This document shows positions 45,631 through 53,811 of a stretch of DNA of 64,000 bases, in pieces; within the stretch, counting starts at the first letter, position 1, and each line of letters starts with the position of its first letter. Source of the stretch: an uncultured Alistipes sp. (lineage in GTDB: Bacteria; Bacteroidota; Bacteroidia; Bacteroidales; Rikenellaceae). The stretch spans positions 8,635 through 72,634 of the forward strand of contig CANQDE010000008.1 in assembly GCA_947591475.1 (NCBI GenBank), read 5' to 3'. The notes under the pieces are model-generated. The model ran no database searches. It worked only from the letters and a program-made list of their open reading frames with translations, and was not told where the DNA came from. A program made the position numbers and the translations under genes.

Positions 45631-46623
45631 TCAGAGGTTGGCTGCGAGAAAATCCATCGTGAGGAAGAAAATCTCCTCCATCTTGTCCGATGCCTTGGCG
45701 TTGAGGTTGTGGTCGTAGTTTTCGTAGACCTTGAGCTCTACGGGTTTCGCTCCTTTGGCTTTGAGCGCTTGCGCGAATCGGGCGCTTTGTTCCGGTTCGA
45801 CCGTTGTGTCGGCCGTGCCGCAGAAAAGCAGCGCCGCGAACGGGCGTTTTTTCGGTATCAGGTTGATGGGCGATGCGTCGTGCAGCACCTTGGGGTCTTT
45901 CCCGCAGAAATAGGTTACGCGGGGCTCCTTTTTCGCCCGCGACGAGATGGCGGCCCGCTCCAAATCGTAGATGCCGGAGTAGCCGACGAACGCTTTCGCT
46001 TCGGGGGTCGTCATGGCCCCTGCGGCTGCCAGATGAGCACCGGCCGACGTGCCGACGAATCCTATGCGCGAGGGGTCGATGTTGAGCTCCTTTGCGTGGT
46101 CGCGGACGTACTGCACGGCATCTTGGATGTCTTGAATCGAGACCAGCACCGTCGCACCGTTCTGCGAGGCGAGCGTATAGCTCACGCGGATGCCCGTCGT
46201 GCGGTGCTGTTTGGCCATGTATTGCGATTGCACGCGCAATGCTCCGTTGTTTCCGCGTTCCCAGCCTCCGCCGTGCAGATAGAATACGACCGGCGTCGGC
46301 GTGTCGCTCACGGCCAAGTCGATGGCCAGCGTGAGTGCATAGCCGTCGTGCTGTTTGTAAACGACCTCGCGGGTTTCGACACCCTTGTAGTCGCGGCTCG
46401 ACAAACGGTCGTTCTTGTGTTCGTAGGGAACCAGCAGATCGTCGATTTTCGACAGGTCGACGAGCTTAGCATAGCGTTGCTCGTTCAGCAGCGAATAGCT
46501 TCCGTCCGCATGGGCTTGGAGCTTCATCGAGTAGCGGTTGGTCGGGACTTTGGTCGTCGTTGCGGGGGGCTGCGCCGCTGCCGTCGTCGCGAACAGGAGG
46601 ACGGCCCATAGCATTTTTTTCAT
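45631..46623 (-). CDS. Secreted alpha/beta-hydrolase esterase (HGGGW / GxSxG type)
   Basis: 330 aa with a signal peptide. Oxyanion motif FYLHGGGW and nucleophile elbow GTSAGAHL. CGTADTTV and YDHNL complete a likely triad. Confidence 0.8.
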   Translation of the reverse strand: MKKMLWAVLLFATTAAAQPPATTTKVPTNRYSMKLQAHADGSYSLLNEQRYAKLVDLSKIDDLLVPYEHKNDRLSSRDYKGVETREVVYKQHDGYALTLAIDLAVSDTPTPVVFYLHGGGWERGNNGALRVQSQYMAKQHRTTGIRVSYTLASQNGATVLVSIQDIQDAVQYVRDHAKELNIDPSRIGFVGTSAGAHLAAAGAMTTPEAKAFVGYSGIYDLERAAISSRAKKEPRVTYFCGKDPKVLHDASPINLIPKKRPFAALLFCGTADTTVEPEQSARFAQALKAKGAKPVELKVYENYDHNLNAKASDKMEEIFFLTMDFLAANL

Positions 46624-46654
46624 CGGTTTTCGATTGTTATGCGATTTTTATTCC

Positions 46655-46662
46655 TATTTTTG
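46655..46662 (+). promoter_or_regulatory. Bacteroidota-type -7 box TATTTTTG for gene 46727
   Basis: Matches TAnnTTTG and lies 65 nt upstream of the ATG. Confidence 0.5.
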
Positions 46663-46671
46663 TACGGGCGA

Positions 46672-46685
46672 ATTGGTTGACCAAT
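46672..46685. promoter_or_regulatory. Palindrome ATTGGT-TG-ACCAAT (candidate GntR operator) between the esterase and jelly-roll genes
   Basis: 6+6 inverted repeat lying between two oppositely oriented -7 boxes. Confidence 0.6.
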
Positions 46686-46695
46686 CCACTCGAAG

Positions 46696-46703
46696 CAAAG
46701 GTA
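46696..46703 (-). promoter_or_regulatory. -7 box TACCTTTG for the esterase gene
   Basis: The reverse complement of caaaggta matches TAnnTTTG, 73 nt upstream of the ATG at 46623. Confidence 0.5.
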
Positions 46704-46726
46704 GGTAAAATAATCGACAGACCAAA

Positions 46727-47683
46727 ATGAAACGACTTTTTTTAGGGGCGCTTTTGTGCATTGCGGTTGCGTGCGGCGGTTCGTCGTTCGATATTCCGGA
46801 ACCGGTCGGCGGCGAAGAACAAGGTGGCGGCGATGAAAAGCCCGACGGACCGGTTGCGGAGGGGTTGCCCGATTGGCCTTTGATTACGCAGGGGGCAGGG
46901 ACGCTTGTGGCGGATGGTCTCGATGCGGCGACTTATACGCTCATCACGGCACAGGGGTACAATCAGGAGGCGCCTGACACTTCGGGAGCCCATGCCGACG
47001 CCCCGTTCCGCCACATTCGCCAGACGTTCGATGAGGCGTTGAAACGGTGGGTGTTCGATTTTCATATCCACGTCGAGAACGACAACGACCGCGGCAACCC
47101 GCACAAGACGGACCGTCAGCGCAACGAAATCAAGACCGACGGCCACTCTCCGGCTTCGATGGTCGCTCAACAAGGCGAAACGCTCGTCATGCGTTGGAAA
47201 TTCCGTTTGCCGGAGGGGATGCGTACGACCTCGAAGTTCTGCCATGTTCATCAACTGAAAGGCATCGACAACCGCGAGGGCACAGCCGACGTGTCGATGC
47301 CTTTGATTACTTTCACTCCGCGTACGCTTTCGAACGGTGGCCAACAGTTTCAGGTGATTCATGTGCCGCCGACGGAGCAAGGTGGCGGCAATCTCTATCT
47401 GGCGCGAATCGATTTGGCTGAGTTGCTCGGCGAGTGGGTCGCCGTAACCGAGCGGGTGCGCTTCGATTACGGCGGTAGTTATTCGTTGCGGATCGTCCGG
47501 ATTTCCGATGGGCGCGAATTATTGCGCATCGAAGACCGGAAACTCGATTTGTGGCGTACGGGCACCGCAGGTCTGCGTCCGAAGTGGGGTATTTACCGAA
47601 GCATCGGCGAGGAGGGTTCGTTGAAAGGCGAATTGCGCGACGAGATCGTCCGTTTCGCCGATTTCGAAATCGAGAAACCGTAG
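46727..47683 (+). CDS. Lipoprotein with beta-jelly-roll polysaccharide-lyase-like motifs (PL7/PL13/PL14/PL20 superfamily-like, family unassigned)
   Basis: 318 aa with lipobox IAVAC. R-x-E (DRQRNEIK), H/Q (FCHVHQLK) and K-x-G-x-Y (RPKWGIYRS) are spaced like the catalytic strands of jelly-roll lyases. The assignment is by motif analogy only. Confidence 0.5.
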   Translation: MKRLFLGALLCIAVACGGSSFDIPEPVGGEEQGGGDEKPDGPVAEGLPDWPLITQGAGTLVADGLDAATYTLITAQGYNQEAPDTSGAHADAPFRHIRQTFDEALKRWVFDFHIHVENDNDRGNPHKTDRQRNEIKTDGHSPASMVAQQGETLVMRWKFRLPEGMRTTSKFCHVHQLKGIDNREGTADVSMPLITFTPRTLSNGGQQFQVIHVPPTEQGGGNLYLARIDLAELLGEWVAVTERVRFDYGGSYSLRIVRISDGRELLRIEDRKLDLWRTGTAGLRPKWGIYRSIGEEGSLKGELRDEIVRFADFEIEKP

Positions 47684-47707
47684 ACGTCCCATTCCGAAAC
47701 AGCTCAT

Positions 47708-48427
47708 CTATGGCCGTTTCGCATCGACTTCGAGGAAATGACCTTCGGTCGAGGATTTCGAAAATTCGGAGAGGTTCCGCAGGTGTTTGCGGAGCATGTC
47801 GGCCGCACCCTCCTCATCGCGCTCGCGGATGAAACGCAGCATGCCGCGATGTTCGAAGCAGACCTCTTGACTCGGAACCGAGCAGACCTTGTACCGCTGA
47901 TAGTAGCGCAACACGTCGGGGGTGATGATAAGCAGCAGCGAGGCGATGACCGGATTGTGGCCGCCTTGCGCGATGGCTTGGTGGTAGGCGAAATCCTTGT
48001 TGACGCGCTGGTCGGTGTTGAAGAACGCTTCGCATTCGGTCAGCGCCGCTTCGATGTTGGCCAGATCCTCGTCCGTCCGGTTGCGGGCGCAGAGTTTCAC
48101 GGCCTCGATTTCGAGCAGGATGCGCACGTCGACCAACGAACGGAAATCGTAGCGGTCGATTTTGAGGGCGTCGATAATCAGACTGTTGAGCACCTGCATC
48201 TTCTCCTGCGCCACGACAGTGCCACTCTGCGGATAGGTCTTGACGATGCCGTAGAATTCCAGTTTCTGAAAGGCCGTGCGTACATGTGCCCGGCTGACGT
48301 TGAGTTGAGCGGCCAAACGGCGTTCGGCCGGCAGCCGTTCGCCGGGTTCGAGACGACCGCTGTAAAGCAGATCCTTGATATGTTTCAGTACCGTGTCGAC
48401 TTGTTGCGACGTCGAGGGTGTATTCAT
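47708..48427 (-). CDS. GntR-family (FadR-type) transcriptional regulator
   Basis: wHTH LPAERRLAAQLNVSRAHVRTAFQKLEFYGIV plus a helical FCD-like C-domain. Start at the ATG at 48427 (MNTPSTSQQ). The 644-aa track ORF reaching 49642 is rejected. Confidence 0.9.
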   Translation of the reverse strand: MNTPSTSQQVDTVLKHIKDLLYSGRLEPGERLPAERRLAAQLNVSRAHVRTAFQKLEFYGIVKTYPQSGTVVAQEKMQVLNSLIIDALKIDRYDFRSLVDVRILLEIEAVKLCARNRTDEDLANIEAALTECEAFFNTDQRVNKDFAYHQAIAQGGHNPVIASLLLIITPDVLRYYQRYKVCSVPSQEVCFEHRGMLRFIRERDEEGAADMLRKHLRNLSEFSKSSTEGHFLEVDAKRP

Positions 48428-48456
48428 TCTTCGAGCCGGGGTTTCGTTTTGACGAA

Positions 48457-48464
48457 CAAAATTA
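48457..48464 (-). promoter_or_regulatory. -7 box TAATTTTG for the GntR gene
   Basis: Reverse complement of caaaatta, 30 nt upstream of the ATG at 48427. The direct half-sites accaattcgaccaa lie just upstream (48472..48486). Confidence 0.5.
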
Positions 48465-48551
48465 GTAAAAAAACCAATTCGACCAAAATGAAAATCGCCG
48501 ATTTTTTTCGATAAAATGGTGCCGCAATACCGTTTATTGATGGAAAATCCG

Positions 48552-48559
48552 TATATTTG
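48552..48559 (+). promoter_or_regulatory. -7 box TATATTTG for gene 48581
   Basis: Matches TAnnTTTG, 22 nt upstream of the ATG. Confidence 0.55.
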
Positions 48560-48568
48560 GTCAACCAA
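48557..48568. promoter_or_regulatory. Palindrome TTGGT-CA-ACCAA (candidate GntR operator) between the GntR gene and the alginate_lyase-family gene
   Basis: Overlaps the TATATTTG -7 box by 3 nt. Confidence 0.6.
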
Positions 48569-48580
48569 TTTATGTGAACT

Positions 48581-49780
48581 ATGAAAATACGTGAATTTCT
48601 GTGCCTTGCTTCGATGGCGGTCTGTTGCACCGTGTCGTCCGTTCACGGGCAGCCTTATCTGCTCGATGCCGATGCCGCCGCGCGGGCCCGTCAGGCGGCG
48701 GTGAACGGCGATGTCCGGCTCAAGCCCTTGTACGAACGGGCCCTGCGCGATGCCGACAAATTGCTCTCTTTGCCCGATCCGACGGTCGTCGACAAGGGGA
48801 TGACCCCGCCGAACGGCGACAAACACGATTATATCAGCATGGGGCGTTATTGGTGGCCGAATCCCGATACGCCGGACGGTCTGCCCTACGTGCGGCGCGA
48901 CGGCGAATCGAATCCCGAACTCAAACAGTTCGACCGCGAACGGTTGAGCGATTTTTCGTCGCGGCTCCGTCGTCTGACGGGCGCCTACCTGCTGGCTGGT
49001 CGACCGGAACATGCCAGCAAGGTGGCTTCGATGTTGCGCACGTGGTTTCTCGATGCCCGTACGCGGATGAATCCCAATGCGACCTATGCGCAGATGGTGC
49101 CGGGCCGCAACGGCGGACTGGGGCGTCCGGAAGGGGTGCTCGATACCTATTCGCTGATCGATGCCATCGATGCCGCCTGCGTGCTCGAACGGGCCGGCTA
49201 CCTGTCGAAAAAGGAGATGAAGGCGTTGCGCGTCTGGTTTTCGGAGTATGTCGATTGGCTCCGAACGAGCGAGAGCGGCCTCGGCGAGTATGCTGCGGCG
49301 AACAATCACGGTGTGGCCTACGATGTGCAGACGACGGTTTTCGCCCGCTTCGCTGGACGCGACGAGGTTGCGCGCGAGTTGGTGGAGAGCTTCGCCGATC
49401 GGCGGCTGCGTCCCCAAATCGAGGCCGACGGCCGGCAGCCCCGCGAACTGGCCCGCACGACGGCTTTCGGCTATTCGGTTTACAATTTGACGCATCTGCT
49501 CGATATGTGCTTTGTCGCCCGCACGTTGGGCATCGACCTTTACGATGCGGCCGACGGAGCTATCGACCGTGCGATAGGCTATCTGACGCCGTTTCTCGGA
49601 AATCGCGAGGAATTTCCCTATCGACAGATAAAGGATTGGCAAAAGGTGGAGCAGGATTTTGCGCGACAGTTGCTTCGAGCTTCGAATCTTCGGGAGAATC
49701 CCGCATACCGGCAGCTCTACGAACGGTTCCGAGCGCCGGAAGAACAGAAGCAGGCGCTGTTCATCTTGCTGAACGAGTAG
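48581..49780 (+). CDS. Alginate_lyase-family (alpha/alpha-toroid, PL5/PL38-like) polysaccharide lyase
   Basis: 399 aa with a signal peptide. Contains DKHDYISMGRYWWPNPDTPDGLPYVRRDG and AANNHGVAYD (NNHSYW-like). Confidence 0.72.
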   Translation: MKIREFLCLASMAVCCTVSSVHGQPYLLDADAAARARQAAVNGDVRLKPLYERALRDADKLLSLPDPTVVDKGMTPPNGDKHDYISMGRYWWPNPDTPDGLPYVRRDGESNPELKQFDRERLSDFSSRLRRLTGAYLLAGRPEHASKVASMLRTWFLDARTRMNPNATYAQMVPGRNGGLGRPEGVLDTYSLIDAIDAACVLERAGYLSKKEMKALRVWFSEYVDWLRTSESGLGEYAAANNHGVAYDVQTTVFARFAGRDEVARELVESFADRRLRPQIEADGRQPRELARTTAFGYSVYNLTHLLDMCFVARTLGIDLYDAADGAIDRAIGYLTPFLGNREEFPYRQIKDWQKVEQDFARQLLRASNLRENPAYRQLYERFRAPEEQKQALFILLNE

Positions 49781-49798
49781 CGTCTGAACCGGTCGATG

Positions 49799-49836
49799 AA
49801 AAAGCAGGAGTTCGTTGCAACGAACCCCTGCTTTTT
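49799..49836. terminator. Bidirectional terminator between the convergent alginate_lyase-family gene and ompH
   Basis: An A5 tract, a stem gcaggagttcgtt / aacgaacccctgc (one mismatch), then a T5 tract. Confidence 0.8.
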
Positions 49837-49855
49837 CGTGTGCCGTCGGGCCGGA

Positions 49856-50392
49856 TCAGTTGGCGGCCGGCGTGGCGGTCTCCGTGATGCCCAACTCTTT
49901 CTTCACCTCCGGAGCGATGTCCGTCAATGCAGCGGCATCGAAATAGGCCAGCGAACCGGCAGCGGTGTCGAATACGGCCAAATACCCGCCCAAAGCAGCG
50001 ATTTTGTCGATAGCGGCCTTGGCCTTTTCATGGATGGGAGCCAGCAATTCGTACTGCTTTTTCTGAATGTCTTCGCGGGCTACCTGCTCGAATTCGCGGG
50101 TACGGGCCGCGATGGATTCCAGATCTTTGCTCTTCATGTCGCGAACGGCCTCCGAGTAGGTCTCGTAGTTTTTCTGGAACTCCTGCAACTTGTTGTTGTA
50201 TTCGACCTGCAATGCCTCCATTTCGTCTTGCAGATTCTTGACGTAGGCTTGCATGTTAGTCTGCATCTCCTTCGTTTCCGGCATGCCAGCGATGATCTCT
50301 TCCGAGTTGATACGGCCGAATTTCTGAGCGAAAAGCGAGGTCGCACTCATCATCAGTACAACCGCGAGGGTTAGTTTGATCGTTTTTTTCAT
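49856..50392 (-). CDS. OmpH/Skp-family periplasmic chaperone
   Basis: Start at the ATG at 50392 (MKKTIKLTLAVVLMMSATSLFAQ). Coiled-coil-rich, and downstream of bamA. Confidence 0.85.
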   Translation of the reverse strand: MKKTIKLTLAVVLMMSATSLFAQKFGRINSEEIIAGMPETKEMQTNMQAYVKNLQDEMEALQVEYNNKLQEFQKNYETYSEAVRDMKSKDLESIAARTREFEQVAREDIQKKQYELLAPIHEKAKAAIDKIAALGGYLAVFDTAAGSLAYFDAAALTDIAPEVKKELGITETATPAAN

Positions 50393-50465
50393 TCTTTTAT
50401 TAAATTTTGATTTGCAATTCATTAAGTCTGTAAAAATCCGCGTGGTCCGCTGCAAGGCTTCTTGG

Positions 50466-50972
50466 TTATAGCGCGTCGATGATCCGTTGCGTATGGTCGA
50501 TACCTGTGTTGTAATAGAGCAGCGTCGGATTGTTCGACGAGTCGATTACCGCATCGGCACCTGTCTGTTTTGCATAACGTTCGATTGCATCGAACACCCG
50601 TTTCTGGATGGGCTGGATCAACTCCTTCCGCTTTTCCATCAGCGTGCCGTCGGTGCCGAACAACCTCTCTTGAAACTGTTGCGCCTCCTTTTCCCGTTCC
50701 AGAATGGCGTTCTCCCGCGACTGGCGGGCTTGGGTCGAAAGCGAGGCTTTCTGGCTCATGTAATTCTCGTAGAGTTGTTCGATGACGGCATATTTCCCGT
50801 CGACCTGCGCTTGGTATTGACGGGCCAGTTCATCGAGCTCGGTCAACGCCTTGTTGTAGGCATCGATCGACTTGAAAATTTTTTCGCTGTTGACTACGAT
50901 GTAGTTCTGGGCTGCGAGCGCCGTCAGCGAAAGCAGCAGCGATACCGTTAGTATCAGTCGTTTCATGGCCAT
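50466..50972 (-). CDS. OmpH/Skp-family periplasmic chaperone (second copy)
   Basis: 168 aa with a signal peptide and coiled-coil composition. Fits the typical bamA-ompH-ompH order. Confidence 0.85.
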   Translation of the reverse strand: MAMKRLILTVSLLLSLTALAAQNYIVVNSEKIFKSIDAYNKALTELDELARQYQAQVDGKYAVIEQLYENYMSQKASLSTQARQSRENAILEREKEAQQFQERLFGTDGTLMEKRKELIQPIQKRVFDAIERYAKQTGADAVIDSSNNPTLLYYNTGIDHTQRIIDAL

Positions 50973-51043
50973 CTCTTTTCTGAATGTTGGTTTTGTTCCG
51001 TTTCGCGGTGGGTGGTACTCAAATTTTCTGCCAATTTTTTATT

Positions 51044-51066
51044 AAGCGGTCGGAATTCTTTCGAGC
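51044..51066 (-). repeat. Single TTAATAA-type unit (reverse orientation)
   Basis: The reverse complement ttccgaccgcttaataaaaaa matches ccttccgaccgattaataaaaaa at 16486..16508. Confidence 0.6.
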
Positions 51067-51126
51067 CGTTGTTTTATCGAATCTCCGGTTCGTGCAAGAT
51101 AATAAAATTTGTTTTAATCTTGATAA

Positions 51127-51228
51127 CTTTTCGTTCCGTACCGGTTAATAATAACCTTGCTCACTTCCCGATCCGTGCCAGTTAATAATAATGCCCGATG
51201 CCCTCCCGCTCCGTACCAGTTATTAAAA
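51127..51228 (+). repeat. Three tandem ~37-bp TTAATAA-type units between ompH and bamA
   Basis: cgttccgtaccggttaataataa / cacttcccgatccgtgccagttaataataa / gccctcccgctccgtaccagttattaaaa. Confidence 0.8.
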
Positions 51229-53811
51229 TTGTTGGCCTAAGACGAAGTGGAATTGACTTCCGCTCTTGGTTGTCGAGCCGGCCGGCGGATCGAATCCGTA
51301 GCCCCAGTCGATGCCGAGCATGCCGACGATGGGCAGATAGAGCCGCACACCGAATCCGGCCGACCGCTTGATGCGGAACGGCGAGAACGTCCGCCACGAA
51401 TCGAATGCGTTACCTCCTTCGAGGAAGCCCAGCACATAGATTTGCGACGACGGTTTCAGAATCACCGGATAACGGAGTTCGAGCGTGTATTTGTTGTAGG
51501 CACAGGCATAGTTCGACGAAATCGGATCGAGGGCGCCGTCTTCGTAACCGCGCATCGAAATGATGTCGATACCGTAGATGTTGTAGCCCGACATGCCGTC
51601 GCCGCCGACCTCGAATCGTTCGAACGGCGAAACTTTATGCTTGTTGTAGCTGCCCAAGTAACCCATTTCGGCCCGCGCCATCAACACGAGATTCATATTG
51701 CGGGTCAGCGCTTGGAACCATTGCGCCTTGAACTGCCATTTGTGGAATTCGATCCATTTATAGCGGTCCGAATCGCTCAGCGTCTTGCTACTGTAATCTT
51801 TGCCGTCCCACAGCGAATAGGGGAGCGTCGCCTGCACCGATGCGCTGAACTCCGAACCGCGCCGCGGATAGATGGGCTGGTCGACGGAGTTGCGCGAGAA
51901 GACGAGCCGCATCGAAAGCAGATTGGCCGAACCGTTCTCCATGACGAACGACGTCCAGTCTTTCAACGAATAGCGTTCGTAGCTCGCTTCGGCGTAGAGC
52001 TGGAAGAAAGGATCGGGCCATTCGAGCCGCTTGCCCAGACCGACGGCGACGCCGTAGGTGCGGAAATACTGCGTCGATTCTTGCCATACGTAGTAGGCGT
52101 TGTTTTGCTCCGAGAAGTGGGCCGACAGCGTGAACGAATTGGGCTTGCGACCGCCGAGCCACGGATCGGTGAAACTGAACGCAAAGGCTTTGTAGTAGGT
52201 GCCGTTGGTTTGGGCCGAAATCGAAAGACGTTGATTTTGGCCCATCGGGTAGGGACGCCAAGCGCCTTTCTTGAAGAAATTCCGGATGGAAAGGTTGTTG
52301 AGCGTGATACCCACCGAACCCACGAACGTGCCGGAACCCCAGCCGCCTGCGATATTGAACTGGTCGGAGGCCTGTTCTTCGAGCGGCCAGTTGATGTCGA
52401 CCAATTCGTTCGATACGGGGCGGATGTCGGGCATGATGGCTTCGGGGTTGAAGTGCCCCATGGCGTTCAGCGTACTGATGGTCTGCATCAGCAGGGCGCG
52501 GTTGTAGAGTTCGCCCGGGCGGGTGTAGATTTCGCGGCGGATCACCTCGTCGTCGACCCGCTGGTTGCCGGTGATGCCCACTTCGTTGATGGTGAACTGC
52601 TTGCCCTCGAAGATCTTTACCTCGATGTCGATGGAGTCGGGCCCGATGATGGTCTCGGCCGGTTCGATTTGCGACATCAGATAGCCGTCGTTCTGGTAGA
52701 GCGATTTCACCGAAATGGCTTCGGGGTTGTCCTCCTTGCCGATGCCCAATCGCTTGTGCATCGACTTTTTATCGTAGGTGTCGCCCCGTTTGACGGCGAA
52801 CATCCGTTGCAGTTCATCGGTTTCGTGCACCGAGTTGCCGACCCACGAGACGTTGCGGATGTAGTATTTGTTGCCTTCCGACAGGTCGATGTCGATGCCG
52901 ATCCGCTTCTCGTTGATGGGGTAGATCGAATCGCGCACGATGGTCGCATTTCGATAGCCTTTGGAGTTGTAAAAGTCCAATAATAACTCCTTGTCGTCGG
53001 CGTAGTCGTTTTCGTTGAGCTTCGCACCGCGGAAGAAGTTCAGGCTTTTCTGGTGGGTCTTCTTGAAGGTCTTGCGCAGGCGTTTGTCCTTGAACTGTTT
53101 GTTGCCTGTGAAGTTGATTCGGCCGATTTTCACCTTTTCCTTCTTGTCGATTACGAACGTTACGTTGACCGCCCGATCCGGATAGACCGAATCGTTTTCG
53201 ATGCGGACGTCGACTTCGGCATTCCGGAAGCCCTTCTCTACCCAGTAGGCCTTGATGAGTTTCTTGTTCTTGTCGATGATGTAGTCCGAGAGGGGGCTGC
53301 GGCCCGGTTTGAGCTTCAGTTTTTCGGTCAGGTCTTTCTTTTTGCCCTTCGAGATGCCCTCGAACTCCCAGCGATAGATGCGGGGCTGCTCTTTCAGAAA
53401 GACATGCAGGTCGAGCTGGTCGCCTTCGATGTCGGCGCCGATCTTCACGTCCGAAAAGACGCTTTGCCGCCACAACCGGTTGATTGAGTTGGGGATGAAG
53501 TCGCTCGGCAGATAGACCGAATCGCCCTCGATCAGACCGGCCGACGATTTGAGGTTGTTGTGGTCGAGGTATTTCACGCCATGGATTTCGACCTTGCGGA
53601 TGTAGTAGCGTTTCGGACGGCTGCCGTATTGCATCATGGGGGCGTCGTCCGGAAAGGCGGGTTCCGTTACGGTGGTCGTGTCGGCTGTGTCGGCCGGATC
53701 GGTCGTTGCGGGTTCCTGTGCGACGACATTCGGGCACAGGCAAATGGCCATCAGAAACGCTCCTGTTATGAATAACCTGTTGAATAAACGATTCATCTCT
53801 GAAAACTTCAT
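51223..53811 (-). CDS. bamA: Outer-membrane protein assembly factor BamA
   Basis: 862 aa with a signal peptide and POTRA-like repeats. C-terminal beta-barrel ends ...FHFVLGQQF. Lies next to uppS. Confidence 0.93.
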   Translation of the reverse strand: MKFSEMNRLFNRLFITGAFLMAICLCPNVVAQEPATTDPADTADTTTVTEPAFPDDAPMMQYGSRPKRYYIRKVEIHGVKYLDHNNLKSSAGLIEGDSVYLPSDFIPNSINRLWRQSVFSDVKIGADIEGDQLDLHVFLKEQPRIYRWEFEGISKGKKKDLTEKLKLKPGRSPLSDYIIDKNKKLIKAYWVEKGFRNAEVDVRIENDSVYPDRAVNVTFVIDKKEKVKIGRINFTGNKQFKDKRLRKTFKKTHQKSLNFFRGAKLNENDYADDKELLLDFYNSKGYRNATIVRDSIYPINEKRIGIDIDLSEGNKYYIRNVSWVGNSVHETDELQRMFAVKRGDTYDKKSMHKRLGIGKEDNPEAISVKSLYQNDGYLMSQIEPAETIIGPDSIDIEVKIFEGKQFTINEVGITGNQRVDDEVIRREIYTRPGELYNRALLMQTISTLNAMGHFNPEAIMPDIRPVSNELVDINWPLEEQASDQFNIAGGWGSGTFVGSVGITLNNLSIRNFFKKGAWRPYPMGQNQRLSISAQTNGTYYKAFAFSFTDPWLGGRKPNSFTLSAHFSEQNNAYYVWQESTQYFRTYGVAVGLGKRLEWPDPFFQLYAEASYERYSLKDWTSFVMENGSANLLSMRLVFSRNSVDQPIYPRRGSEFSASVQATLPYSLWDGKDYSSKTLSDSDRYKWIEFHKWQFKAQWFQALTRNMNLVLMARAEMGYLGSYNKHKVSPFERFEVGGDGMSGYNIYGIDIISMRGYEDGALDPISSNYACAYNKYTLELRYPVILKPSSQIYVLGFLEGGNAFDSWRTFSPFRIKRSAGFGVRLYLPIVGMLGIDWGYGFDPPAGSTTKSGSQFHFVLGQQF

